Below are positions 42,501 to 56,949 of a DNA stretch of 64,000 bases, one piece after another. The notes below the pieces were generated by a model. That model was not told the DNA's origin. It saw only the letters and a program-made list of their open reading frames with translations, and did not search any database. How positions within the stretch are numbered: position 1 is the stretch's first letter; every line of letters starts with the position of its first letter. This stretch comes from Trichoplax sp. H2 (Eukaryota), in contig NOWV01000111.1 of the NCBI GenBank assembly GCA_003344405.1, forward strand, positions 1 through 64,000, read 5' to 3'. The position numbers and the translations under genes are program-made.

Positions 42501-45500
42501 TTTATTGTAAAATATAGCAATCTATAAAGTCGCAAAGAGAAGCAATCTCGAATTAATCATTCATTATTGGCTTCGAAATTTCTGTAGAGATCCTGCAACG
42601 AATTTACAATCACAATTGGTTGCTGTTTGCATTATCTATACTTACCTGCTGGCATAAACTATATAACAGTTCTCGGACATTTGATGAAGCTGGTGTTATA
42701 CCAATGCATCGAATGCAGCATAAACCCCTATATAATAATATAAAGAAGTATTGAATCTTAACTATTTTCAAGTTCTATCTTTAGCGTAACTTTTACTATT
42801 CACTTACTTGTATTCAGGTTCTTTATGGGTTTGTAGAAATTCTCTGAAAACATGAGCCATTATAGAAGTTTTACCAGTGCCAGAAATGCCATGAACAACT
42901 AATGGCTATTTCAAATTATAGGAAAGCGTAATTGTCTTTCAATATAGCATTTTGCAGTAGCTTAACATTAAGACCTGAATTACTAGGTTCAGTCATAAAC
43001 TTACCACATTAGGGGATTTTCGTCCCAAATACTCCTGAATCTGTTAGACCAATGTTTTTATTAAACACAAAACATACCCGTAAAAATAATTACTCAGTAA
43101 GTTCTTCCTTAAAATCTATTCTTTTATTAAATATATCCACTTTATCACTTTACCTTGTTCGTATATGCAGATCTACCTACAAATGATTTCGAACGCTCAA
43201 GACAAAAGATACTATGCCTAAGGATTTCCGTGTAGATTCCTTCCTCGATTTTAATAGATGAAGCGGCAACTATGTACGTTATAAATAGAAATTATAAGTC
43301 AATAAAGATTAGTCTATCAGCAAAATATTCAGAAATATTAAATACGTCTGCTATTATGATAATTTTAAATGCAAGTCGCGATATTAATTCTGTTCGGAGG
43401 CAAATATGTACAGTTATTATCTCCATAAATAGCTATCGTAAAATTTCAAATTTTGCTTAATTTATCACGGTTAGGCTTTTATTGTAAAGAAGTGCGAAGT
43501 AATAAATAGCTCTAAATTGAGTTACACAAGTGTTTGTCAATAACTGGAATAGCACTACTAATAATGTTACTAAAATAGACGACTTACATTTGATTATGGA
43601 ATCAGTCATAAATTCGCAAAATCTATCGCACATTCCATTACGGCCTTTTTATTGGTTTTATAGCTTAATGCAACGGTATCTTCGTCCAAAGTGAATTCGT
43701 AACTTTATTGTTTTACGCATAAAAAGGGATAACATAGAGGAGGTAAGATTAGCAAGTTATGTTATTTAGTTGTATCTAGTTTCAAAATCAATGAAATCTG
43801 CTTAATTAATCTAACAAATTGCAGCAAAGCAGTAATTTTAAAGCTGTATGTTTGCTATCATGTATTAGAATGGAGGCTAAACAGTTGAAGAAATCGATTT
43901 GAGTGCTAAAATCAAGCTGCAGCTATGCAGTAATTTCATCGTAATCATAAGTAGAAATTGAAAGTTTTGTTTATTTCTAGAATTGAAAATTTACAACACA
44001 CTTGAATGTAACTTATACAATGAATGTAAGCAATTTGATAAATGAAATACTAGTCTACATTCTAACCTATATTTTTGTTCTCTTGGTAATTTAAAGTCGA
44101 TAAATTCTTTTAACTGCTGTAGTCGTGTAGTCGCGTCTGTATCCACTTTGCCATCATTCATATCAATAAAAAACCTAGATTCTGATTTACTAGTATCTAA
44201 GTTGGTAATTACACGATTGAAGTAAAATCTGCCAGGACGATTTGGACTATCTTCGCTTTGCAACCACCACGGACTTCATTTTCAGTGATAGATATAAAAA
44301 ACTGTTTTCTATCATCTTCAGACATTTCACATGCCTTTGCAGCTGATCTAAAAACCTTCTGCATTTGATTAAAATCTTCATTCCATGCAGCCCAATCTGT
44401 TTAACACCTTTATTATAGCCTGCATAATGGCTCGAGATAGGTTGAAGTACATATTCTGGCTCAAGAGCAGACTCATCTAGCTTGAACCATTTCTTCAAAA
44501 GATTTACTTCTCTAATACTGTTTGAAGAATAATCTTGAGTATATTTAACTATATTTTCAAAGCTTGTTTAATTTAAAAAATAAGGTCCAGCAGAAGTATC
44601 TCTATTGTATAGATGAAAAAATTATCAAAATCACCTGCATCGTACAAGCTCACTATTGCATATGTCTGTCGTTTCATGTTCATCTGTAGCTCCTTCACGA
44701 ACTCCCCAACGTAAATCGACGACATTAAAAAAGTAGCCAACTTTACGATAATATTGGCGTAAATAAGGATAGACATCGTCGATAAAGAAATCACGTTCGA
44801 CTTTAGTATCGGTAAATGTTGAACTAATAAAGATCCAAACGTCGGTATTAAGGATAGATTTAACTTGCGTCTCTGGAATATCACCTTTGAGGATGGCATG
44901 ATAAAAGCTTTTTTCAGTCTCTAAATTATAAGATTGCAATAACATTATGAAGCAGATGAAGAATGAGTCTTGTGCAGCTTATTACAATTAGATGATATTT
45001 TCAGTCGTTAATAGCATATATGCACAAATTGAATCGCTTTTAGGGAAGGAAATCGAATCAAGGCCGTATTATAAGTCGTCAAGAAAAACTAAAGAAGTTT
45101 TTACACTTAGAGTGGCATAGTATTTATTGCCTATAGGTGCATTTCTAGCGAACTCAGTCCATTAAAGTGAATAAGGAAGTTGAAATTAAAGTAAGATGAA
45201 TTAGAGTAAATATGTATTATCAGCCTAATAATTAGATCTTAAAGATATTTAACTATTAACTATATGCGCGTACTCGTATGCATAAATTGAATCATTGTTT
45301 CAACTTAGTTTCATTTATTACTATTTATAAAGAGCGAAGAGTAGGTCAGATTGGTTTACATATTCAAACTTATAGATATTCATACCTAAAACTAACAACC
45401 AATATTAAACTTTATAACAAGACAAGTACATAATTATGTTAATTGGTATGAATTAAATTAAAATGATAGCAGATTTATGACTTTCACCCTTATTCTTTTG

Positions 45501-46202
45501 AGCTTTATTCATACTGACAGATACAGTACTGGAAATATTTATGCTTCTATAACTTGATCGCCAAATTTCAACTCTATTTATATGTTAATTTACATCTTAC
45601 AACGTAAGAGTTCAAATTTATTTGATTAGCGTGGTTTCATGGAGCATGCTAGAGACTTAGAGTCTTTAATCCTCATTAATTACTGGTGGAACTCTCACTC
45701 GCGATACTTTCGTACTGTGCTTCTACTTTACTTTATATTTATTAATATAGAACTACTGAGTTATGTGTATGATATAGTAAGTCAAAGTTATACTTGATTA
45801 CAACCATTAAATATAAATTTACATTACTATCCATAATCTCTCAATTTTACAATGTTACACTCAATAACTAAGGTTTATCGTAGTTTGTATCAAATATGTA
45901 ATAAAGCCGTTTATTATAATACTAATAATTATAATCAATTCTTAATTACATTATAGTTTCGTGACAGAGTGATTAATTTTATTATGCTATGCACATCTAC
46001 TTAATTAAACTCATTACGAGATCTTACTTTATTTTGGGAACATTTTGGCTCTTAGCTCCAAATTGTGGATGGAATTAGCGATTTGTTTTTTTTTGAGAAA
46101 TTGTTAGCGCCACTTGAATTTTGCTTCTTTGTGGCTACAGTAAGAGCTTGTACCCATTTATCTTCTATTTTTGCTATTAGATATGGTAGCACTGTTTCCC
46201 AT
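36515..46202 (-). CDS. NWD1/NWD2-like STAND NTPase (DUF4062 + NACHT + WD40); many frameshifts as assembled; ends approximate
   Basis: DUF4062-type VWIFISSTFTDTKVER...VDLRWGV (~44630-44860); KWFKLDESA..PEYVLQPI; Walker A PLVVHGISGTGKTSIMA (~42856-42905); Walker B region IFLD..QL and WLPRNLPDNV; PTPLYLKLA; HIPPLRRLPTLLWTRLRNDL; WYHRQF; WD-like FKGHAMEITSC (~37950-37990). Putative first coding exon 46028-46202 starts MGNSAT. Confidence 0.85.
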
Positions 46203-49200
46203 ACTGTAACATATGAAAAGAGTTTATTGAATTAAAAATTTTTATTTAAAACCAATTAGATACTATAGCCAAATATCAATAACTTTAAATAGTTACTAGA
46301 GAACGTGGAATCAACAATAAAGATAGAGCATTTAATAACCCTTTAATAGCGAGAAGCCTGATCAAAGATTTTCCTGATAAGTATAAATTAGTACAAATTA
46401 TAGCACTGGCCTAAAAATTGGACGTACCTCCATCGATTTAATGGGTTTAATAGCTTGAAGAGCTAGAACTATAAATATTATTAGCTAATAATTTTAATTG
46501 TAAAGGATTATCTGAAAGGCATCACTAATTTATTTTTGATCGAAATATTCACACATATATACTAATAAAATCCTGTGCAAGTCTAAAAAATTACCAAATT
46601 TCTGTTATACAGAAAATGAACTTGAATAAAATGGAAGTAAATGTCCGTTCAGGGGAAATCTAAGTATTCCCTTATAATAGCCAGACTAGACAGCAAGGTA
46701 TAGGCTATTATTGTCAAACCTTTACCCAAAGATTACTGATGTATATGAATCATAAATCACATTAAGTTCAAGAATTTAAGGATTTTATGATTCAATTAAC
46801 ACCATTAGTAAATTTTAAAATTTAACGAGGGCTATGTTGGATTGATTGGTGACATAGCAGTGCAGTCACTGTATAACACTTTAATGTATCCTTCAAAAAT
46901 GCTATATCTGTTTTATTTGATTCGATAATTAGTTGTTCCAGCTGACCAAGAATAGTCTATGATTAGCCTAAAAAAATCAATCGTCCTTAATCATATTTAT
47001 AGTATTTACTTCAGATAATAATCAAGAATAATAACTACGAAAACAGAGCTTTTAGCTATAGTCAGACCCCATGCTAAAAGATATTATAAATATTATTCAG
47101 TAAGTAAGAAGTAAAGAAAGCTATAGCCAGTAAGACATGAACTGTTTGCAATTAGATAGGTGTTCATGAATAAAATTAAATTATAAGAATTAGTAAACTT
47201 CGAAACATCCAATATAAATTGTACAAAAGTAAGATCGTAGGTTTATAAGGCTTCTGATTGTCAAGTTAAAGTATACAATCTGTTTATTTTTATCGGGTAT
47301 CTTATTCTAAAGCACATTTTTTCCTTCAGCAGTTAGAATCAATTTACAATTTGACCTAATCTATTCGATATTTTTCTACCAACCAATCAACCAATTGTAA
47401 ATTCTGAAATATAAGTTTATTGAGTTCCTCAAGAATATAACTTACTACTTATAAGGATAGTATAGATAAAGATTCTTGTATCTATGACTTACCAATAACG
47501 AAATTAGAAAAAGTGAAGCTTGTAAAGAAATACAAGTAATTTACTTTATAATTCTAGGATTTATTGAAAGAGTATTAATATTGAGAGACTACTTCGCTTC
47601 AGGATTGATTGTAAAAATTATGTTATCCTTTAGGCATTAGCATCACCCATCCACGCCCGCGTCTACTAACTTACTCTACTTTTAATGACTAGCCATTCAA
47701 ACTCTGAAAGAATCGTCAGACTAGTCTTAGCAATTTCAGTACCGACGAAGATTGAATATAGTCATGACTTCGTTTTTTCAATACTAGGAAAGATATAGTA
47801 GCAAGTACAGAAATTTGTACTGATAATGCTAAAATTGAATCCTTTGAAGATGTAGGCATCTCTATAGAAGCAGTCTATCTATCACGTTTTCTCCAGGAGT
47901 GTTTGCAATATCTATTAGGCGTTAGATACACTTCTCAGTAATATATACCGCTCCATACTTACGAAGCAAAAACTAGGCAACAGATTGAATATGGTAGAGT
48001 TTATCACCGATTGAAAATTCAATAGCTTTAGTAAACCCAATAAAAATCTGCAGTTCGTGTGGAACGGTTACAGGTAATACTCAGTGAGCAATGCTATCAT
48101 ACCAAAGTTAAATTAGATTACGCCAAAACCACAAGAAGTTAGATCTCTATTGTAACTTAGTGACTCAATCATATCCGTGATACTGATTCAAAGTTCAAGC
48201 TCATTAATTGAAATTCTACAGCAAAAGAGTTAATGAAACATGGATGATAGCTAATAGCAACAAACATGTCATTTTCGCAGTATTATTGGAGAATTTCTCC
48301 ACTTTTAGGGTGTCTATGATGATACACTGATTGAGTTGCTAGTTTCATATTTACAAATCTACCAGCACATTTTGTTGTTCCTTATGAAAATAAATATATG
48401 TGATTTGGAATCGATGTACCAAACAATTGCAGCTCTACTTTTTTTAATTGCTTTCTGGGTAACTAAGATAGTTACACCTCAATCTATATTTTAAAAATCC
48501 GAAAAACGGTAAATGATTCTATAAAAAATTGCATTAAAACTGAAATTAACAAGAGAAAATCAAATCTGAATATGTGTATAAATGAATTGTCCATCAACAT
48601 CATCTCTAGGCATAATCTACTTATTACGTGGCCTCTATAGGTGCATATTTAGAGAGTAGGGTTATGTTTTGCATGTTGATCGATTTGGTTGTCATGATAG
48701 ATGAACAATCTCTTGGGTCTGAGAGTGCAGTGTGTTATCATAGAATTAGCAAAGTACAAAAAATAAGAAGAAAATGCTAGCAATTTAATCAAATTCTAGT
48801 TATTTAGAACCGAAGGAATCCAATTTTTTACCTTAATCCAAGTTCGACTAATGTCTAGTCTAAATAAAATAAACCATACTCAAAGTGGTCTGGATTGGAA
48901 TAAAACCTATGAGGATCGGGTTCTATATTAGAACTCTTTTAATCTTGTACAAATAAAAAACAAATGAACTTATGACGATAATAAATTTAATAGATTGACA
49001 AACGTAACAATAGAAGAAAGGAGTCGAATAGAAGACATGTTAAAGTAGCTATTTTCTATTCAGTATTAATTGAATGGGAACTTAGGGTGCGGTTCGAACT
49101 ATCAATTGACTCTTACTCAACAATATGCAACATCCAGCATGTTTAGACCACATTTGAGAAATACAATCGCACACATACTGTATGAAATCAAGATTAACAA

Positions 49201-52200
49201 ACTCAATATGGCCTATATCGGCAGCTAATCCGTATTATTCTTGACAAACAGTCTACGATAAAAGAAGTAAAGGATAATAATTATATTAATATTTCATTAC
49301 ATTTAGCATAATTTTGGTGACTTAGAGCTAAATCGAATAATTTAATATTAGTATGGAATACTCGTACATGAATTAAGTCTCAAAATGATTCTATTAAAAA
49401 ATTCTTTTCTAGTTGCAGAGATTATGTTAGAATATATAGCAATTAATATAAGCGTAGATTTTATTAGATTGTGATAGTGTACATATGCCGTAATTTTAAC
49501 TATAATTTTATATCTAAGCATTCAATACTGTTTACAGAGTCAGAATGAATTAATGTGCCAACAACGTGTTAGTTTCGAGGGAACACTATGATGAATTGCT
49601 GCAACAGCGTCTAAATAGCAGTCTAATAAGAGAACTAACGTAATATGAGCAAGAAAGACTACTTTTTCATTAAGTTTTTTTTGTAATTTATTGATATTAT
49701 GACGGACGCCTAATCATTTAAAATATCAAATTAACATAACTCAACATAACATTAAGGCTACGAAAGCATTATACATGACGGGCAAGAGTGCAGCTAGTCT
49801 ATGCTTGCAAATAATTAATTTTTACTCTATGCTGTATGAAATGAAATTCAGAGACAACGTTAGCCCTACGGGACAGAATCTACTAACTATTTATTATATA
49901 GTATTTACTTGTAATTTTTTGATACCTTTTCATCATGATTAACTTGCTACTGTATTAGTAACAACGTTGAATTGAATCAATGCTTTTCTTGCTGACTACT
50001 GTAGTCAGGTGTAACATTTTAAATATTGTATTTCTTGGAAATTGTTAGTTGCGATTAAAGCCTAGCTAGACAATAGTGATTTTGTAAAATGACGGATTTT
50101 TGAATAAATGCAGTAACAGAATTACGAACTTTTATATTTCAGGAAATTTGGCTGGGTCTTATAACATATATAGCTAATAGTACCAACCTATTTAAGGACT
50201 TGCTTATAACTTCTGAAGACTTAGCATTATTACTGAAGTTAACGTTAATATTTTTAGTAAGTATTTCCTAGTTATTATTCTTAAGATTACATTAATACTT
50301 TTGTGACTTTTACAATAGTCTGCAAAAGTCGATCTCGAGTCTAAATTGTTCTAGTAACAACATCATTAGTATATATCTAATTGCTGAAACTTATTCACTC
50401 CCTTAGATATTTTGTTCAATAAACAATCACTGACTTTACTTTTAATAAACTTCTTATGCTAAAATCGCTAATTCTACTGCTTTCCATCCGCCGGCCATTT
50501 CATACTAGAGAAGAATATAAATACCCTCATCTATTCATCGCAGAAAAGGAATATGCGGCTATTTAAAATTAAGCTGTTAACCAAATTGCTGCTGCAGTGA
50601 ATAAATAGTAATATCTTTACTACATTTATGTAATAGAAGAAATCGTGATATGGATTGCTATCCGCTTAATTGACCGACAATTTTTAAGTTTTGATATTAC
50701 GCGTTCTCTACATTTTAAACTTCGTTATTGTAATTTTTTATCATATAACAGTGAGTTCTACAAACATATCCAAAGTATGATATTGTATTGTCACGAAAGT
50801 CATCATCGTGACGTATATTTTATTTCTATGTTACGTCCTATATATATTTATATCTCAGAAATATTTTACGGTCTCCTTAATTGTAATTTTAGTAGTTAGC
50901 AGTTGATATCCTTAATGTAGGATTAGATAGACTAAATTAGTAATTGCCAACTAGCTAAACTGGATTGTATCTATCACCTCCAAAGTTGTTAAGGTTCAAA
51001 GTACAATTCCTAAGTTTAAAGGAAATATTTTAGTAGAATAGTTTTATATGTACCTGTTAAACTATTAATAAGCAACGATTATCATAATACTATTAAAGTA
51101 AATTTAATAGGATCAGATTCTATCTAATCTGTACAGATAGAATCTCTTTAGGGTAATAATTTGATTAATTTCTAATAGACGAGGTGACTTCCGTAGCTAA
51201 ACCGGTTTTAGGTACCGAAACCAATATAAACAGCGAGTTCGCCGACAATAAATTAGATTGAAATTTTCTATTAAGTTGTGAAGGTCTCGCACTGTTAAAC
51301 CCTATCTGCCTTGGAATACTAATTATCTGGTATTCCGAATAACAGTAGTATACCATAGAAATTACTCTCTCAATCCTTGTTGCAAGTTAGGGTTATTTCT
51401 GGCTCGTGACATGTATATTATATAGTATTCTACATAAATATGAATGACTAATTTTTAAAGACAAAAATAAAATTCCTTAAATTCTTATGATCGACAATCT
51501 TGGTGTTTTCTTGACCAGTGGGGAAAACATTGCGCTCTTTTCACAAGAAAATATACAGATACACAATCAGGAAAACGCTAATTTACGCTTTCTTTTTAAT
51601 TTCGTGTAATTTAAATTTTTAGGTTGTTTACGTTAAAAATAACAAATTTAAGGCAAAATAATCGAATCAAATCATGTCACCACAGTAATTAATGATAATC
51701 AGAATTCATCAGGAATGGAAGTAAATGAATAAATTTATAATTAATTTTTGCAAGAGGTAAATGCACATATGGTATCGAACTTCATTCAGATACACCCTGT
51801 GATAAAACTGATTCATCACAACTTATGAGTAGAAAGGTTGCATTGAATACTTTTTGATAAATCAAATTAATCACAAATCTTAAGTAATTGTGAACAAAAT
51901 ATTATAAAATACCCTTAGCAGTATCAATAACTTCTCATTGGGAGCTCATGTGATTACGTAGAATTTACGTAAATGTGAGTAAATTTAGTAAAATTGCATT
52001 GTGGAGAAACTATAGAAATCGATGCATTTTATCAAGCTCTTTAGACTACTATATTAGAATTTTTATTTATCAGCGTTAAATAGAAATAGATTACTACAAA
52101 ACAGATCGTCAATCCAATTCTATAAATAACCATTTGAGTTTTACTATCTCTATTGACGAATGATAATTCTATGATCAATATTACGTTTTTCTATTATCTC

Positions 52201-52372
52201 TATAGTTGTACTAAATACCCTAAGGCAATTTGTACTTATTAGGAACAGTAGCTTTGCATTCAATTTGATTCGTATATTCTGCAGTTAGCCAATTATTGTG
52301 ATTAATTGAACGTCTTGCAATGATCTATGTTGTCTCTTTGCGGGTAAAATTTAGGGCAAGAACGTTGCTAAT

Positions 52373-54789
52373 AGATAAATTATAATTATCATCACTAGGG
52401 GTATAGTCTTATCGTTTTATTAGTTATCTGGAGCAGTAGCATTTCAAACTTTTCCGAATTCTAAAAGCCCTATTAATAACCAACAATATCTTATCTTTAC
52501 TTTCAAATCTAGTTCTCCAGAAGGTTATTAAATACATTACTTCTGAATATTTTAAAGTCTACGATATCTATTTACTATGTTACTTTAATCTGAGCATTCC
52601 CTAAGTACAAGCATTATTTATTTTGCTTCAAGATTAAAAAGAATATCATTTACTATTATGTGATTATTAAATCTGCTAATTTAGTTGCTGTAATCCCGTT
52701 AGAATATATAAATATGAATATCTAAGTAGGTAAGACTGATTTTAATCATTTCATTTCTGGAGCTTGGCATTACAATAATTTGGCGATTTCATAAATTTCA
52801 GGGATAGATGTATAAAACTTAACATAAATGTTGATACGGTACGTTATAAAAACTTAAGTGGATCTATTTCGGATCTACCATTCGATGAATGTGCAAAATA
52901 TAAAATCGGAGGTGTATAAGCTCTTCCCGGTGTGATATTTATTGAATAGCTAGTACTCATAGTTTAGTGCCGATGTATTAGGTAGTATGCTGTACGTAAT
53001 TGACAGTAAACAATGTTACGTTATTTAATTAAATTATTTTCTACCCTTTTACTACAATTACATAAAGGGCAGGGCATATACGAGAATTATTTGATGAAGT
53101 CAAAGATAAAGCGAAAATTTTAACTTAAAGAATTATTAACATAATAATATAAGATGAATCATATTGACTGAAAACGTCGCTTATATACCACTATAGTTAT
53201 TTCATAAATCCCTGAAAGAAAAGTTAACTAGTAAGCTGTGATATATACCAATCACGAAATTCCAAATTTTAGAAAAATAAGGGCTTCATTGAATCTTATA
53301 CAAAGATTAACTACAAACAGCTCTACTCTAGCCGAATACTACTACTAAAGACTTCTAAAACGAACTAACAGAATAANNNNNNNNNNNNNNNNNNNNTGTT
53401 GTATATATAATTAGTAATAGATTAAATACGATATCTTAACCATAAAGGCATAAATAAAGGAAACACTATATATGTACGTATATGATGATTGTATGGTAGT
53501 ACTTGTAATACAGTAGGTGATAACATTGTAAAAGGCGGACTGCTAAGTTGCTAATTGTAGTGCGAAGTATAAACTATAATCGTATCGAGGTGTAACCTCG
53601 TGTAGCTATAAATACCGATCAACTAATAATAAAATGCAGTTATCAACCTTACTCACGGAGTGAACTTATTATTGAAGAACATAACAGTTACTAAGAGATA
53701 AATTATAATTATTATCACTAGGGGTATAGTCTTATCGTTCTATTAGTTATCTGGAGCAATAGCGTTTCAAACTTTTCCGAATTTTAAAAGCCCTATTAAT
53801 AACCAACAATATCTTATCTTTACTTTCAAATCTAGTTCTCTAGAAGGTTATTAAATACATTATTTCTGAATATTTTAAAGTCTACGATATCTATTTACTA
53901 TTTTACTTTAATCTGAGCATTCCCTAAGTATGAGCATCATTTATTTTGCTTCAAGATCAAAAAGAATATCATTTACTATTATGTGATTATTAAATCTGCT
54001 AGTTTAGTTGCTGTAATCCCGTAAGAATATATGAATATGAATATCTACGTAGGTAAGCCTGATTTTAATCATTTCATTTCTAAAGCTTGGCATTACAATA
54101 ATTTGGCGATTTCATAAATTTCAGGGATAGATGAATAAAACTTAACATAAATGTTGACACGGTAGGTTATAAAAACTTAAGTGGATCTATTTCGGATCTA
54201 CCATTCGAAGAATGTGCAAAATATAAAATCGGAGGTATATAAGCTCTTCCCGGTGTGATATTTATTGGATAGCTAGTACTCATAGTTTAGTGCCGATGTA
54301 TTAGGTAGTATACTGTATGTAATTGGCATTAAACAATGTTACGTTATTTAATTAAATCATTTTTTACCCTTTTACTACAATTACATAAAAGGCAGGGCAT
54401 ATACTAGAATTATTTGATGAAGTCAAAGATAAAGCGAAAATTTTAATTTAAAGAATTATTAAGATAATATGAGATGAATCGTATTAACTGAAAATGTCAC
54501 TTATACACATCTTCCTATGAACACGGTTAAAAATTCATTAGTCGTGTTATTATAATTTTGCAAACAAGTAATCCGCCAATTACAGACAGTTTCGATATAT
54601 ATTAGTGAATAATTAATACGTGCATCTATTAATAAGCTATGGCAAAACAGGCGAAATCCAACTTATAATTTCCTTATTAGTAGCCAAAAATAACTTAAGC
54701 TGTATGTAGTAGCGTCCATACACACTCTGTAATTGTAAGACCAGTACAGTTATTTCATAAATCCCTGAAAGAAAAGTTAACTAGTAAGC
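52373..54789 (+). repeat. Direct duplication of ~0.8 kb (52373-~53188 vs 53696-~54508, plus 53195-53236 vs 54748-54789) straddling the gap
   Basis: Near-identical text in both copies (e.g. atcactaggggtatagtcttatcgtt, ggatctatttcggatctaccattcga) with scattered substitutions. Copy 2 has about 240 extra bp. Confidence 0.92.
53377..53396. other. Assembly gap (20 N)
   Basis: Run of N in the sequence. Confidence 1.
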
Positions 54790-56949
54790 CAACTCGACTA
54801 TCGATGCATTATAATATTAGCATACTGATAGATAAATGTTAGCCTTATATAGCGATTATGACGAAGCCAGAAAGTATCATTAAGTTGAGCCAAAGCCAAT
54901 AGTTCGAACTTCATTTGAATCATAGCAATATAGCTAACCAGAATGTCCGGATATTATAAATAGATATTGTTGCTCTTTCGGACCTCTGTAAACACTAAAA
55001 TTTCTTCTTGCAGATATTAGTATAGCTGTTCAAAATAATCTTTCAATTGCCGATCTGCATTCTGCCAATGATATGATATACAGAAGAATTAAATTGCAAT
55101 CCAGTATTACTAGCTCTGTAAATTCATAAGTCAAGAGCAGATCAAATAAGCTTCTATATCTTATAATTTCGAAGCACATTACGTAACTGTCGTAATAAAA
55201 CAGCTTTCACTACGTACAACATTATTACCGTACGTATTCTTAAATATTGATATCAGAAATTACAACTATGAAAGAAAATGAGCCAAACCCACGCAGAATA
55301 TCCTTAAATGAGGTGTAATGTGTAGTTGGTAACGCACATCGACATGAAATTCAGCACAAAATAAATTAACCGCTATAATGGATCTCCATTTTATTAAAAT
55401 TGATTTTTAAACAAAGAAAATAGATATAAGGTGAGCTGGCGGATAATTATTAATCATATAATTATTTATTTCAATTACAAATAATAATAGCTAACATAAA
55501 TTTAAGCAACTACTATAAACCTATTAAGAATCTATGAGACACGTTAAATTAAAAACTAAGCATAAGCTGCATGCAAGATCCAGAAAAATTAATATTCTGA
55601 ATGGTACTCATAAATTTAGCTGTGAAATAATTAAGCTTTGACAAATTAAACTTGAAATCTCAAATTTAAATAGAATGTATAAGACTTGAAATCAATTAAT
55701 TTCCAGAGCGAGATACGATATTTAGCGGCAAGACTTTTAGGTCAAACTCTCAATAAATTAAAGCCTTTAGCAGCTAATCAACTACTCCTTATCATCTTGA
55801 AAAGGTTGCAGCTATACGTATTGCAAATAAAATTTGACAGATTTATATTTATTTTGGTGATTATTCAGCGTAAATCTGCTATTCAGTATTTATCCAATGC
55901 ATTTCTACTATTGTTAGGCAGTGTAGAACTATTATTGTACGATTATTGACCTCAAGATCATTATTGCGCGTTTATTAAAAAAAAATGAAGATACTACTAC
56001 CTGCCTCTGCTTGAATTCTGCAATCTTTAACAATACCCGATGCTGTGAAACAATGATTGCTAAACAATAAGAAATATAGGTAAATTTAGTTATTAAAATT
56101 GCTAACTTCGCCAATATTAATTTTTGCAGAAGCCTTCAGCCTCCATTTGTATTCATCAATGTTATATGTAGTACAAGAAAGAAATCTCAAATTCTAATGA
56201 GAAGAAGCTAAGCTTGATTAACCTGTTCTTAATTGAGATGTAGTGTTCGAAGGCAATTTTAGGACCTAACACACAATAACTTAAAATACTTTAATACCAA
56301 ATGAAGTACTTTCATGATCTTCATTTGGTTGTGGCATTTACATAGCTGGGAAAAATTAGACTTTCTAATATCTAATAATAGTATTTTTACCTGTATCTCC
56401 CATCGATATCTATCCAAATCATGTCTGCCATTATTAGGCAGTAATGAAATCTTCTTATTAGAATATTGACAATAAGAGCGTCATTATAGATTCCTCGCAT
56501 TAAATATAAATGCAAAATAGTGACTGCTTATGCTGAAATTATCTGGTTACTATGTCGATTACATTCTGTTAACGACGGAAATAATCATAGTCAGACACAT
56601 AAAGCCTTCAAAACAATTGATTGTAAAATAATGCATGGTCATCCAACTGTCACAACAAATTATCAACTTGCATTTATCTATTAATAACTCGTTCATTATC
56701 TATTCTTATCTAAAGGTTTATTGTTTACATTATCAAATGAGGTGATAGGTCGAATTGATATGTAAGCAAGCGCAGACAATTTTCCACGTGATGGCTAGAT
56801 TATCAGGTAAGGCATAAAAAAGTTGGACATAATAAGTCTGGTGATAATGATTATTCATGATTAGGCAAAGCGTGAAACCATCAATAACCTCTTTCATACT
56901 ATATAATAGTCTGATAATCGATCATTGAGTTTACAGGCCAGCAATCAGG

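Noticed and set aside
51116..51144. 10-bp-stem hairpin gattctatct...agatagaatc
   Set aside because: Isolated, AT-rich and single copy; plausible by chance.
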